DNA of 58,433 bases. Source: Candidatus Bathyarchaeota archaeon (GTDB lineage Archaea > Thermoproteota > Bathyarchaeia > 40CM-2-53-6). Shown here piece by piece: positions 48,322 to 57,474 of this stretch. Position numbers and translations under genes: made by a program. Below the pieces are notes generated by a model that saw only the letters and a program-made list of their open reading frames with translations, ran no database searches and was not told the DNA's origin. Position 1 is the stretch's first letter. Every line of letters begins with the position of its first letter. The DNA lies in assembly GCA_005883075.1 (NCBI GenBank), contig VBAX01000051.1:1-58433 (forward strand), in the 5' to 3' direction.

Positions 48322-49443
48322 ATGAAAACGAAGCTTCCAATATTATCTCTGAGAGGCTCGACGTACCAGAAAGGACGTAAACACGGAAAACGGGCTCGAC
48401 CCGAGATCGAGAATAACTTGGAGGTCTATTTCCGGCGGTTCAAGAGTGAAACTGAGCTCTCACACGATCTGGCAATTAGTCGTGCGGCAAAGTTTCTCGA
48501 AGTGATCAACAGGGTTAGTCCTGAATATGCCGAGACGGTGAAGGGTGTCGCCGATGGCTCGGCCCAGGATATTCTCGATATCACCGCGTTGAACGTTCGG
48601 TACGAGTTGATGTACAGTCAGTTTTCAAAAATCGGGTTGAAGCCATTGCCCAAGACCTTCGGTTGCACGGCCTTCGCAACACTTCCGACAACGGTCGAGA
48701 ATGGGCATTTGATCATGGCGCAGAACTGGGACTGGATACCCCAGGTCAAGGGGCTCTTCCTCAAGGAGAGAAACGAAAACGGCCCTGATGTTCTGTCTTT
48801 CACGGAAGCAGGCGTTGTCGGCGGCAAGATCGGTCTTAACTCCGATGGACTTGGACTCTTGATCAACGGAATCGTGTCCAGCAAGGACGACTGGGCACGG
48901 CTCAAGAAACCCTTCCACGTCCGTTGCTGGGAGATCCTAAGGTCGAAGACTCTCGCACGCGCAGTCAAAGTAATCGCCCAGGGTCAGAGAAACTGCTCTG
49001 CGAACTTCATCTTGGGACAACAGAAAGCGAAAGGCTCCGGGAAAGTTGTTGATATCGAATCAGCGCCCGACGCTGTCTGCGAGATCGGCCCGGACCGTGG
49101 CGCAGTAGGACACACGAACCATTTTTCTAATCCGAAAATTCTGGGGGTCAAACAGGTCGTGGATGAGGAGCGTCTGTCGACAATTCAACGATATCGCAGG
49201 ATCCAGAAGCTTCTCAATGAAACAGTTCGAAAAGGACACAAGCTGGATCTAGCCGGAGCTCAGAATATGTTGAGAGATCATTACGGAGAACCGGAATCTA
49301 TTTGTCGACATAACAACTTGAATCTGCCCGAGTATCAGAGGTACGAGACAGCAGTCTCTGTAGTAATGGATCTTTACAGCAAGAGACTCTGGGCGACTAT
49401 CGGCTCGCCCTGCTCAACCGAGTATCAGCCTATCACGCTGTGA
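48322..49443 (+). CDS. C45 family autoproteolytic acyltransferase/hydrolase
   Basis: GCTAF cleavage site, AQNWDW, GLNSDG, HTNHF. Confidence 0.9.
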   Translation: MKTKLPILSLRGSTYQKGRKHGKRARPEIENNLEVYFRRFKSETELSHDLAISRAAKFLEVINRVSPEYAETVKGVADGSAQDILDITALNVRYELMYSQFSKIGLKPLPKTFGCTAFATLPTTVENGHLIMAQNWDWIPQVKGLFLKERNENGPDVLSFTEAGVVGGKIGLNSDGLGLLINGIVSSKDDWARLKKPFHVRCWEILRSKTLARAVKVIAQGQRNCSANFILGQQKAKGSGKVVDIESAPDAVCEIGPDRGAVGHTNHFSNPKILGVKQVVDEERLSTIQRYRRIQKLLNETVRKGHKLDLAGAQNMLRDHYGEPESICRHNNLNLPEYQRYETAVSVVMDLYSKRLWATIGSPCSTEYQPITL

Positions 49444-49517
49444 GGAAGGTCCTTGAGGGGACTGGAAGCGAATCATATTTCAACAGGCAGATTGACTACG
49501 AGTTCTGCGAGTCCCCT

Positions 49518-50177
49518 TTGCCTTCTGCTCATAAACGCAAGGTCCAAGAGAGGACGCGTAAAAGGAAAAGTCGCGGCTTACTCTATCTTGTCCTAGCGAT
49601 TGTCCTCATCGTGATTGTAGGAGTCGGAGTGTACGCATACGTCTCGTCGCTACCTCCGGACATCATCTACGCTACACTCAATACCTCGAAGGGTACTTTC
49701 GAGGTTGAGCTTTATCGCAGCCAAACTCCAATTACCGTGAACAACTTTGTTAACCTCGCGAAATCCGGATTTTACAACAATCTTGTCTGGCACAGAATCC
49801 AGCCTGGATTCGTAATCCAGACCGGAGATGAAAATACAAAAAATGGTGGAGGCAACAACAACACTTGGGGACAATACCAGGGGACGACAATACCTGACGA
49901 AATAGTGAGTTCACTCCACAACTACGAAGGATATATGGCGATGGCGAACACAGGAGCCGCGAACAGCGGTAGCACCCAGTTTTTCATCAATCTTGTTGAT
50001 AGTAGCGCTAATCTTGACGGGAAGTACACCGTGTTCGGCCATGTAATTAGCGGCATGGACGTGGTCAAGTTGATAGGGGGTGTTCCAGTTTACCCTGCAC
50101 CACCCGGGGGCGTATGTTGTCAACCAAGCGCTCCTCTGCCTTTCCTGACGAGTGTTACGATTTCAAACACTCCGTAA
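49518..50177 (+). CDS. Membrane-anchored cyclophilin-type PPIase
   Basis: WHRIQPGFVIQTGD, AMANTG, STQFFINL, GKYTVFGHV; N-terminal basic + TM segment; start TTG 49518 inferred. Confidence 0.9.
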   Translation: MPSAHKRKVQERTRKRKSRGLLYLVLAIVLIVIVGVGVYAYVSSLPPDIIYATLNTSKGTFEVELYRSQTPITVNNFVNLAKSGFYNNLVWHRIQPGFVIQTGDENTKNGGGNNNTWGQYQGTTIPDEIVSSLHNYEGYMAMANTGAANSGSTQFFINLVDSSANLDGKYTVFGHVISGMDVVKLIGGVPVYPAPPGGVCCQPSAPLPFLTSVTISNTP

Positions 50178-50203
50178 ACTTGTTTGTACACACACTGTCT
50201 ACT

Positions 50204-51103
50204 CTAAGCTCCCGCGGTTCTTAGGTAGTAGGCCCAATAGCCTTTCCAGCGGCCGTACTTCTCGACGATAACGTGAAGCCTCTGTTCTGTCATCGGTTTT
50301 CCATAGACTCTAGCTGCAGCAGCGATCAGACGTTTCTCTACAGCAACCTTCTCCATTCTCCCAAGACCTCTCAGGAGGATTAGTCTCGCGGACCATTCGC
50401 CGATCCCTTTGATATTCTTCAGCCATTCCTCCACTTTGTCGTATTCGGTAGTTCTGAGAAATCTCTCATCAACCTCGTTGAACGCTCTGATCACATTTCC
50501 CAGATACTCTTCTCGACGCTCATGCTTGATCAGCGACTTCAACTCTTCCTTCGATGCATCGGCAAGCTGGCCCGGCTCCGGAAAAGCACGATAGACGTGG
50601 CCCTTCACTCCGAGACTTGTCCCGAAGCGTTCCAGCAAAGCTTGCTTCGCTCGTCGTGCCGCGCTTAGCTGGTTTCGCTGCGACAGCACTGCCCAGCAGG
50701 CACACTCGAACGGAGTGAGAAACTTCACTTGGTGTAGCCCGTAGAGCTTCTGAAGGACTGGTGCGAAGTTGGAATCGTTGATTGCTATGCGGTAGAACTG
50801 ATCTAGATCGTCGGAGAGGCTTAGGAAGAAGGAGATCCGGTCGATCACAACCTCTGTCAGTCCGCGAGAGAGGGGATGATCAGCAAAGAGAGTATACTTG
50901 AGTCCGGGCATCTTTATTGTTCCAGTCGGTTTTAGCTGGAACACGATGGCTCGGCCGCCGACTCGAACCGCCTTGGTCATTGATAGCTCGCTTACAGTCT
51001 GGTCCTCTCGCATCGGAGGAAACATTCCGAGAAAGTCTAGCGACTTCGCAAAATCAAATGGAGGGGTCGGCCTGAGCGAACCCTCTTCAGAGTACAACCC
51101 CAT
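50204..51103 (-). CDS. AlkA-family DNA glycosylase
   Basis: TPFECACWAVLSQ, AFPEP, HhH KGIGEWSA, WKGYWAYYL. Confidence 0.85.
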   Translation of the reverse strand: MGLYSEEGSLRPTPPFDFAKSLDFLGMFPPMREDQTVSELSMTKAVRVGGRAIVFQLKPTGTIKMPGLKYTLFADHPLSRGLTEVVIDRISFFLSLSDDLDQFYRIAINDSNFAPVLQKLYGLHQVKFLTPFECACWAVLSQRNQLSAARRAKQALLERFGTSLGVKGHVYRAFPEPGQLADASKEELKSLIKHERREEYLGNVIRAFNEVDERFLRTTEYDKVEEWLKNIKGIGEWSARLILLRGLGRMEKVAVEKRLIAAAARVYGKPMTEQRLHVIVEKYGRWKGYWAYYLRTAGA

Positions 51104-51231
51104 CTTGATTATTCGCCCCTAGATTATCCATGGGATTGCCTCCATTAGGATGTTGTGGGGAACGACATTCAGAAGTGCTAAACAGATTTAATAGAAATAC
51201 AAAACCGGAAAGCTGGTATGGCCGTGATCGG

Positions 51232-52431
51232 TTGGACTTACTGAAAGAAGCGGCGGAGATCGAACCCGAGATTATCAAGGTCCGACGAGAGATTCATCAG
51301 AAGCCCGAATTGGCCTACCACGAAGAAGTCACGTCCAAGCTGGTCGCGGAGAGACTCGAAGCTCTCGGAATACAGGTCAAGCGAGGAGTTGGCGGAACGG
51401 GAGTTCTAGGGGTTCTCAAGGGTCCAAGACTGGGGAGGGTCGTCGCTCTCAGGGCGGACATGGATGCTCTTCCCCTGGATGAGATGGCTGATGTCGAGTT
51501 TAAGTCCAAAGTCAAGGGAGTAATGCATGCGTGTGGGCATGATACGCACGTGGCCATGCTCCTCGGAGCGGCCAAGCTTCTCGTCAAACATAAGGACGAG
51601 CTCCAGGGCACTGTGAAATTTCTCTTCCAACCTGCCGAAGAGCATGGCGGAAGGGGTGGAGCAAAACCAATGATCGAAGACGGAGTCATGAAAGATCCCA
51701 AGGTCGACTACGTATTCGGACTCCACATCGCCGGAGACCACAACTCCGGTGTCCTCGGCTTCAGACCGGGTCCCTTCGCCGCATCACCTGACACGTTCGA
51801 GGTCCGAATAATCGGGAAAGGAGGTCATGGAGCCGCGCCACATGAAACGATAGATCCAGTTTACGTAGCCGCTCAGGTGATTATCGCTCTTCAAGGTGTG
51901 TCCGGGCGAATGATCGATCCCATGCAACCTATCGTAATCTCGGTCGGAGCGGTACACTCAGGGACCAAGGAGAACATCATACCGGACGAAGCCGTGTTGC
52001 AGGGCACGATACGGACTCTCGACGAGGTTACTAGGAAGAGAGCGAAGGCGAAAGTGGAAGGTGTCGTCAAAGGCGTCTGCAAGGCGTTCGGTGCCAAAGC
52101 GATCGTCGAGTCCGAAAAGGACGCGTATCCCGTCACAGTCAACGATGAAAAAGTGACAGAACGGGCGATGAAGATCGTGAGAAAGATTCGTGGCGGGACA
52201 AAGGTGAAGTTGATAGAGCCGATGCTGGGAGGCGAGGACTTTTCCAGATTCCTACATGAGGCCCCCGGCACATTCTACTTCCTCGGTACAAGGAATCCTG
52301 CGAAGGGATGCATCTATCCAAATCATAGTTCAAGGTTCAAAGTCGACGAGGACGTTTTGAAATATGGAGCCGCATCACTTGCTCTTTTGGCGGTAGAGTT
52401 CACGGACCCAACCGGCCCGAGCAAGGATTGA
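51232..52431 (+). CDS. M20D family amidohydrolase/carboxypeptidase
   Basis: RREIHQKPEL, LRADMDALP, MHACGHD, QPAEE, GEDFS; start TTG 51232 inferred. Confidence 0.95.
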   Translation: MDLLKEAAEIEPEIIKVRREIHQKPELAYHEEVTSKLVAERLEALGIQVKRGVGGTGVLGVLKGPRLGRVVALRADMDALPLDEMADVEFKSKVKGVMHACGHDTHVAMLLGAAKLLVKHKDELQGTVKFLFQPAEEHGGRGGAKPMIEDGVMKDPKVDYVFGLHIAGDHNSGVLGFRPGPFAASPDTFEVRIIGKGGHGAAPHETIDPVYVAAQVIIALQGVSGRMIDPMQPIVISVGAVHSGTKENIIPDEAVLQGTIRTLDEVTRKRAKAKVEGVVKGVCKAFGAKAIVESEKDAYPVTVNDEKVTERAMKIVRKIRGGTKVKLIEPMLGGEDFSRFLHEAPGTFYFLGTRNPAKGCIYPNHSSRFKVDEDVLKYGAASLALLAVEFTDPTGPSKD

Positions 52432-52577
52432 ATTTTCTTAGCTGGTGTAACAAATATCTCCGTTGGCCAGCGACGTCGGCTGAGAGTCCTCCGGGTCAGA
52501 CTCTTATTTTTGAGAGGTTGAATCAGAACTAAAAAAATCGGGTTTTGATATTTGACACCGAACCTTCAAGTTCGCTC

Positions 52578-52664
52578 TCAGGCGCTCTTGTCGGTTGTGG
52601 TGGGTTGTGTTTGTTCCATGGTTCCGCCGCATCCGCATCCGGGTCCGCAGCAGCAACAGCTCAA
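52578..52664 (-). CDS. 28-aa Cys-rich metallothionein-like peptide
   Basis: MSCCCCGPGCGCGGTMEQTQPTTTDKSA; SD GAGGTGA 9 nt before TTG; not in ORF track. Confidence 0.65.
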   Translation of the reverse strand: MSCCCCGPGCGCGGTMEQTQPTTTDKSA

Positions 52665-52691
52665 AGTCACGCTTCACCTCGGTTAGTGAAT

Positions 52692-52743
52692 TACTTTTCT
52701 AAAGTATTTAAACGGGCAAGTACCCAAACAGTAACGGAGTTAC
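52692..52743. promoter_or_regulatory. Divergent promoter with inverted repeats (candidate HxlR operator)
   Basis: TACTTT-TCT-AAAGTA (52692-52706) abutting TATTTAAA; GTAAC-GGA-GTTAC (52731-52743). Confidence 0.55.
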
Positions 52744-52746
52744 ACG

Positions 52747-53100
52747 ATGGTAAGGACGAAAGAAGGAGAACCATGCTGCACCTGCCCCTGCCCATGCGAA
52801 GGAATAATCGAGATTATCGGGAAAAAATGGGCACTCTGCGTACTCGCACTCTTAGGAAACGATGGAACCCTACGATTCAACAAACTTGCCGAGAAACTTC
52901 CGGGAATAAGCGCGAAGACACTGACGGAAGTTCTGAAGGATCTTCAGCGAACCGGACTGGTTAAACGTCAAGCCTTCGCCGAAATTCCACCACGTGTAGA
53001 ATACCATCTGACCAAGGAAGGAAATGAGCTAACAATGCTCGTAGCACCGTTAATGGTCTGGGCTGATAACAGGACAGGGCTTGTCAAGTTCGAATCTTAG
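52747..53100 (+). CDS. HxlR/DUF24-family wHTH regulator with N-terminal CCTCPCPC
   Basis: IIGKKWAL, LRFNKL, ISAKTLTEVLKDL, EIPPRVEYHLT. Confidence 0.93.
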   Translation: MVRTKEGEPCCTCPCPCEGIIEIIGKKWALCVLALLGNDGTLRFNKLAEKLPGISAKTLTEVLKDLQRTGLVKRQAFAEIPPRVEYHLTKEGNELTMLVAPLMVWADNRTGLVKFES

Positions 53101-54625
53101 GATGCTTCATCCTAGACTCGACAAGCTTTCCAGCCCGCTCTTCTAGCTGAGCCGCTTCCTTCCGAAGTTCGGAGACCTGTCTCGCAATCTTCTCCACATA
53201 CTTTTGATCATCGAGACCGGCTAGATTGATCAGGACGTTGCTTGCGGCTCCTTCAACAGCCGCACGCGCCGCAGAGACAGCAGTCACCACATCGGATAAC
53301 GCATTCGTGGACCCTTTCTCCGCAACTTCGCGAGCCAGTCGCAGAACTCTAACTGAACAGTCCAGTGTTGATAGGGGGGTCTCAGATGCTTTGACAGTTG
53401 CTTCTGCTATCGCCTTTTTTCGAGCCTCAGGCTGTTCTTTCGAGAGCTTGATCGCTTTCATTACCAGATCAAAGGCTTCAGTGTCTTCGACGACCAGGCG
53501 TAGGAGTTTCTGGCGAAGGGCTTCGCCCTCCTTCACCACCTCGTTGAGCTTCTCTGCACCGGGCGGCGTCTCTTTCTTTCCCAACGTTATCCGAGCAACC
53601 ATGGAGACGAGACCCGCTGCGAGTGCTGCCATGTACGCGGAGACGCTTCCGCCTCCCGGGGTTGCTTTCTTAGAGGCGACTTCTTCGCTGAACAAAGCCA
53701 GACTCTGGTCGGTCAGTGTTGAAGACCTCGGGGCAAAGATTTTCCTCTCAATGACTTGGTCTCTGCTGAAATTCTCCAACCGCAAATAGAACTCTGCCGA
53801 GTCGACAAGGGAATCCATGGGCGCGAGCCCGACGATTTCGCTCCCGACAACTGGGACCCCGTAGCGATCGGCGAAGAGCTTGACGAGTTCGTAGGCTTTG
53901 AACAACTGGCTCTTGCGATAATTCGTCAGGTTCATCGACACCTGAACTATCCCCCGCTCTTTCAGCTCAAACCCGAGCGCCTTCACAAACGTCAGCCCTC
54001 CATCTTTCGCCCGTAATTGATGCGCGATCTTCTTCGCGATATCTAGGTCCTTCGTTCCAAGGTTGACGTTGTAGGCTATCAGTATCTCTCGGGCTCCAAC
54101 AGCCGTCGCTCCCGCAGTAGGATGAATCTTGTCGGGACCAAAATCCGGCCTCTTCGCAGGGTCCTTGCCAATCTTATCCCGGAGGCCTTCAAACTCCCCC
54201 TCCCGGATATCGGCGAGGTTCCGCCTTTCGGGAGTCGTGGCCGCTTCCTCGTATAGGAAGACAGGCACGTGAAATTTCTCAGCAAACTCCTGCGCGAAAG
54301 CACGGGCTAGAGAAACGCAATCGTCCATCGTTACGCTGGATATTGGTACGAAGGGGACAACATCAACAGCGCCCATCCGTGGATGTTCGCCTTTGTGATG
54401 TCCCAGGTCGATGAGCTCGATCGCTTTCTGGCTAGCTGCTAGGGCTGCGTCTTTCACGGGTCCAGGCTCGCCGACGAAACTTATCACGGACCGGTTGTGG
54501 TCTGGGTTCGATTCCACATCAAGAAGTGTGACGCCAGGGGTTTTTCTTATTGCGTCAGCAATAGATTCGACGACGTCTTTCCTCCGGCCCTCACTATAGT
54601 TGGGGACACATTCGACTAGCTGCAA
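53084..54625 (-). CDS. ftcD: Glutamate formimidoyltransferase-cyclodeaminase
   Basis: VECVPNYSEGR, DHNRSV, HPRMGAVDVVPF, TPGGGS. Confidence 0.95.
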   Translation of the reverse strand: MQLVECVPNYSEGRRKDVVESIADAIRKTPGVTLLDVESNPDHNRSVISFVGEPGPVKDAALAASQKAIELIDLGHHKGEHPRMGAVDVVPFVPISSVTMDDCVSLARAFAQEFAEKFHVPVFLYEEAATTPERRNLADIREGEFEGLRDKIGKDPAKRPDFGPDKIHPTAGATAVGAREILIAYNVNLGTKDLDIAKKIAHQLRAKDGGLTFVKALGFELKERGIVQVSMNLTNYRKSQLFKAYELVKLFADRYGVPVVGSEIVGLAPMDSLVDSAEFYLRLENFSRDQVIERKIFAPRSSTLTDQSLALFSEEVASKKATPGGGSVSAYMAALAAGLVSMVARITLGKKETPPGAEKLNEVVKEGEALRQKLLRLVVEDTEAFDLVMKAIKLSKEQPEARKKAIAEATVKASETPLSTLDCSVRVLRLAREVAEKGSTNALSDVVTAVSAARAAVEGAASNVLINLAGLDDQKYVEKIARQVSELRKEAAQLEERAGKLVESRMKHPKIRT

Positions 54626-54682
54626 TCTGGACGCCTCTCAATCGTCTTCATGTCAACTCGTCTCCTTAATAGTCAAGCGGGA

Positions 54683-55150
54683 CTAGAGAAGCTCGATCCT
54701 GTGATCGACTAGTTTCTCAAAATCCCCTCGAAAATAGAAATCTCCACGAAAGCTTCTCCCCTCGACCGCGTACTGGTACCAGTATTTGTCATCCTTCCAC
54801 ATCTCGTCCAATGGAGGCCGATCGATCGGGTACCATTGGAGAATGCCTTCTTTGCCCTCCTTGATGGTCCCGTGGAACTGTTTCGTGAGGAATACGTGTG
54901 CTATCCAGTCCGGGTCTTCTCGTTTGTTGTACTTGAAGAAAACGAGCGTTCCAATCTTTCTCGGCTTTTGAACCTTGAGCCCGGTCTCTTCGTAGACCTC
55001 TCGCGAAGCGCACTGCTCAGCCGTCTCTTTGGGTTGTAATTTTCCGCCAGGCGCGTTCCATTTGCCTGCACCAAAGAGCTCAGGGTTCTTTTTCAGCAAC
55101 AGAACTCGGTTATTGTGAATGATGAAGCATAGGGTTGCGTGAATAGTCAA
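54683..55150 (-). CDS. NUDIX hydrolase (8-oxo-dGTPase-like)
   Basis: GGKLQPKETAEQCASREVYEETGL, MWKDD. Confidence 0.9.
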   Translation of the reverse strand: MTIHATLCFIIHNNRVLLLKKNPELFGAGKWNAPGGKLQPKETAEQCASREVYEETGLKVQKPRKIGTLVFFKYNKREDPDWIAHVFLTKQFHGTIKEGKEGILQWYPIDRPPLDEMWKDDKYWYQYAVEGRSFRGDFYFRGDFEKLVDHRIELL

Positions 55151-55159
55151 TTGGACAAT

Positions 55160-55534
55160 TCAGGGGCTGCGTTTCTGTTTAAGCAGGATGATCGCCTGGG
55201 CCAAGTCACCGTTTGATTGTCGCAGCGCAGTAGCCGCCTCATCAGCGGAAACGCCTGCTTGTGAAGCGACAAGTTTCACGTCCTCATCTGATCCGCCGCC
55301 AATTCCTTCCTCCCTCATAGTTCCCCCTCCGACTTGGTAGACCGTCTGTCCTTGGACTGTTACAGTCGCGACTTCGGGGTTGTCGATGACAATGCGTTTG
55401 GTCGGCGTCTCCATTATCACTTTTGTGATCTCGTCTAGTTGTTGGACTTGCATGCCCATGCGTTGCATCATTCTGTTTGCTTCGCGGGGATTGATCTTTC
55501 CTCGACGCATCATCACGAAATCACTCTCTTCCAT
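55160..55534 (-). CDS. nac: Nascent polypeptide-associated complex protein
   Basis: NPREANRMMQRMGM...QTVYQV; UBA-like DVKLVASQAGVS...GDLAQAI. Confidence 0.93.
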   Translation of the reverse strand: MEESDFVMMRRGKINPREANRMMQRMGMQVQQLDEITKVIMETPTKRIVIDNPEVATVTVQGQTVYQVGGGTMREEGIGGGSDEDVKLVASQAGVSADEAATALRQSNGDLAQAIILLKQKRSP

Positions 55535-55554
55535 CTGCTCGGTGATTGTTAAGC

Positions 55555-56046
55555 CTATTCAGAATCCGCGATTCCATGCCGAACTTTTACTGCCACTCCA
55601 ATTTTGAAGCTCTGCATCTCTATCGCGTTGAAGAAGGATCTTCCAACAGCCAACAAACGATCTTTCTTGTCCACCACGAGAACCTCTTCCTCAGGCCGTA
55701 GCTCCGGGTCCACACCGATCACATGCTTAGCGAACACGTTTCCGCCCTTCCTGATGAACGGCTCTACTCCAGGAGTGACTTTGACCCGCAGCTTCGGAGC
55801 CTTGAACACACCTTTGAGGGCAAGGCCTCCATTTACGGTTAGAGCCAAGAGTCCGTCCTTGGGACGGTATGTGGCCAGTAACTTCCCGTCGTTGTAGACG
55901 TGGCGTATTCTATGGGTGTTAGGGGATCGCACGATTAGTATTGAGGGTGGAAAGGCCTTCTCGGCTCCTTTGCCGAACTGGTAGGCCGCTACCGCTCTGA
56001 TCCGTCGCAGCTCGTGGAGTTGGGGCTTGACAGGTTCGAGAGGCAT
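55555..56046 (-). CDS. PUA-domain protein (like the archaeosine TGT C-terminal module)
   Basis: AAYQFG, GGNVFAKHV, LRPEEEVLVVD, GVAVKVRHG. Confidence 0.88.
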   Translation of the reverse strand: MPLEPVKPQLHELRRIRAVAAYQFGKGAEKAFPPSILIVRSPNTHRIRHVYNDGKLLATYRPKDGLLALTVNGGLALKGVFKAPKLRVKVTPGVEPFIRKGGNVFAKHVIGVDPELRPEEEVLVVDKKDRLLAVGRSFFNAIEMQSFKIGVAVKVRHGIADSE

Positions 56047-56123
56047 TCTTGTTCCGATAGCTAATTAAGCCTGGTCGGAGCCTATTTCTACTGTTTCTCG
56101 GCCGCGAGGTCTTGTAGCAGCCA

Positions 56124-56636
56124 TTGTACTGTGAGGTTTGTGGGAGCGAGATAGTCGGCAAGCCCGCCCGGTCACTAGTTGAAGGCGCAACCCTGATCGT
56201 CTGCCAAAAGTGCTCCAGCCTGGGAAAGGAGCTTCCCGGTTTTCCCGAGAGGAAACAGAGAACAGCCCGCCCCGGATTGGTGCTCTCTCACACTCGAACT
56301 CCGATAGAGAGCCTTCCAAAAGCGGTCGAGGACTCGGATCTCGTCGAGGATTATCCCATGATCGTAAAGGAGGGTCGAGAAAAGCTAGGCTTGTCACAGA
56401 CGGATCTCGCATTCAAAGCGAAGGAGAAGATCACAGTGATCCAGAAGATCGAGTTAGGCAAGATACTGCCCACGATGCGGCTGACGAAGGAGCTAGAGCA
56501 CATCCTACGAGTGAAGCTGCTTGCGCCGAGAGCAGAACTTGAGGGTTCAACCGTTCCGGTCAGGCAAGCGGGACCGAGAGAGCTAACCCTCGGCGACATC
56601 GCGCTGGTAAGGCATAAAGAACCAGAAAACAAGTAG
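56124..56636 (+). CDS. mbf1: Archaeal multiprotein bridging factor aMBF1
   Basis: CEVCG...CQKC Zn ribbon, HTH GLSQTDLA, LTLGD. Confidence 0.93.
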   Translation: MYCEVCGSEIVGKPARSLVEGATLIVCQKCSSLGKELPGFPERKQRTARPGLVLSHTRTPIESLPKAVEDSDLVEDYPMIVKEGREKLGLSQTDLAFKAKEKITVIQKIELGKILPTMRLTKELEHILRVKLLAPRAELEGSTVPVRQAGPRELTLGDIALVRHKEPENK

Positions 56637-56708
56637 CGTGAGAACAGGGAGCAGTGAGCCCGGTAACATCGTTAAAGCATTATCTACTCAAAAACAAGAT
56701 CGATATTC

Positions 56709-57354
56709 ATGGCTTCACTGAGCGAAGCAAAGAATCTTGGCGGAATAGGCGCCATACTCGCCTTACTGTCCGGCTTACTGTTCTGGGTTCCCTACAACGC
56801 CGGTATTGGCTTGCTGTAGTAGGACTCGTGCTGATGCTTATCGCCGTGAAAAATATTGCAAACACGGTTGAAACCCAGCAATCTATAGCTCGATGATGTA
56901 TTCCGTCATCTTAGCGATCATAGGACCGGTCATAGCCGTAGCGGTCGCGTTCGCCGCTGCCGCGTCATTCATCAGTACTTTCCGCGGTTACACACCTGGA
57001 ACGACCACTCTTCCTTCCGGATTCTTGGCCGCACTGGGCTTCCTAATCTTGGCCGGTGTTATTCTGATTGTTTGTATTCTGATCTCCACGATCTTCCTCA
57101 AGAGAAGCTATGACGCTATCGCTTTGAAATTGAGAGTTGACATGTTTCATACCTCTGGTCTCCTTTTCCTCACCGGGGCCGCCACTCTAATTGTCGGCGT
57201 AGGTGTTGTGATACTCCTCATCGCGGCAATCCTTCAAATTGTAGCGTTCTTTTCGATCCCGGAACAAGTCCCATCGCAGATGCCCTCCCAGCAAACTTGG
57301 GGACCCCCAACCCCGCCCGCACCGATGCCTCCTTCTCTGACCCCGACGCGATAG
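56709..57354 (+). pseudogene. DUF996-like membrane protein with two frameshifts
   Basis: MASLSEAKNLGGIGAIL...[fs ~56810]LAVVGLVLMLIAVK...[fs ~56880]IYSSMMY...LQIVAFFSIP. Confidence 0.7.
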
Positions 57355-57474
57355 ACCTCTTCTCCGATATTCTTCAGTCACAAAGTGAACATCTGGCCCG
57401 CCTCTGGGCTTATGAGGAAGGGCCTAAACCGGCCACGCAGACTATTCTGAAAACCCTATTTGAACGGATGAGAC

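Noticed and set aside
52545-52964. 139-aa plus-strand ORF
   Set aside because: Overlaps HxlR out of frame and the antisense Cys-rich peptide; no motifs
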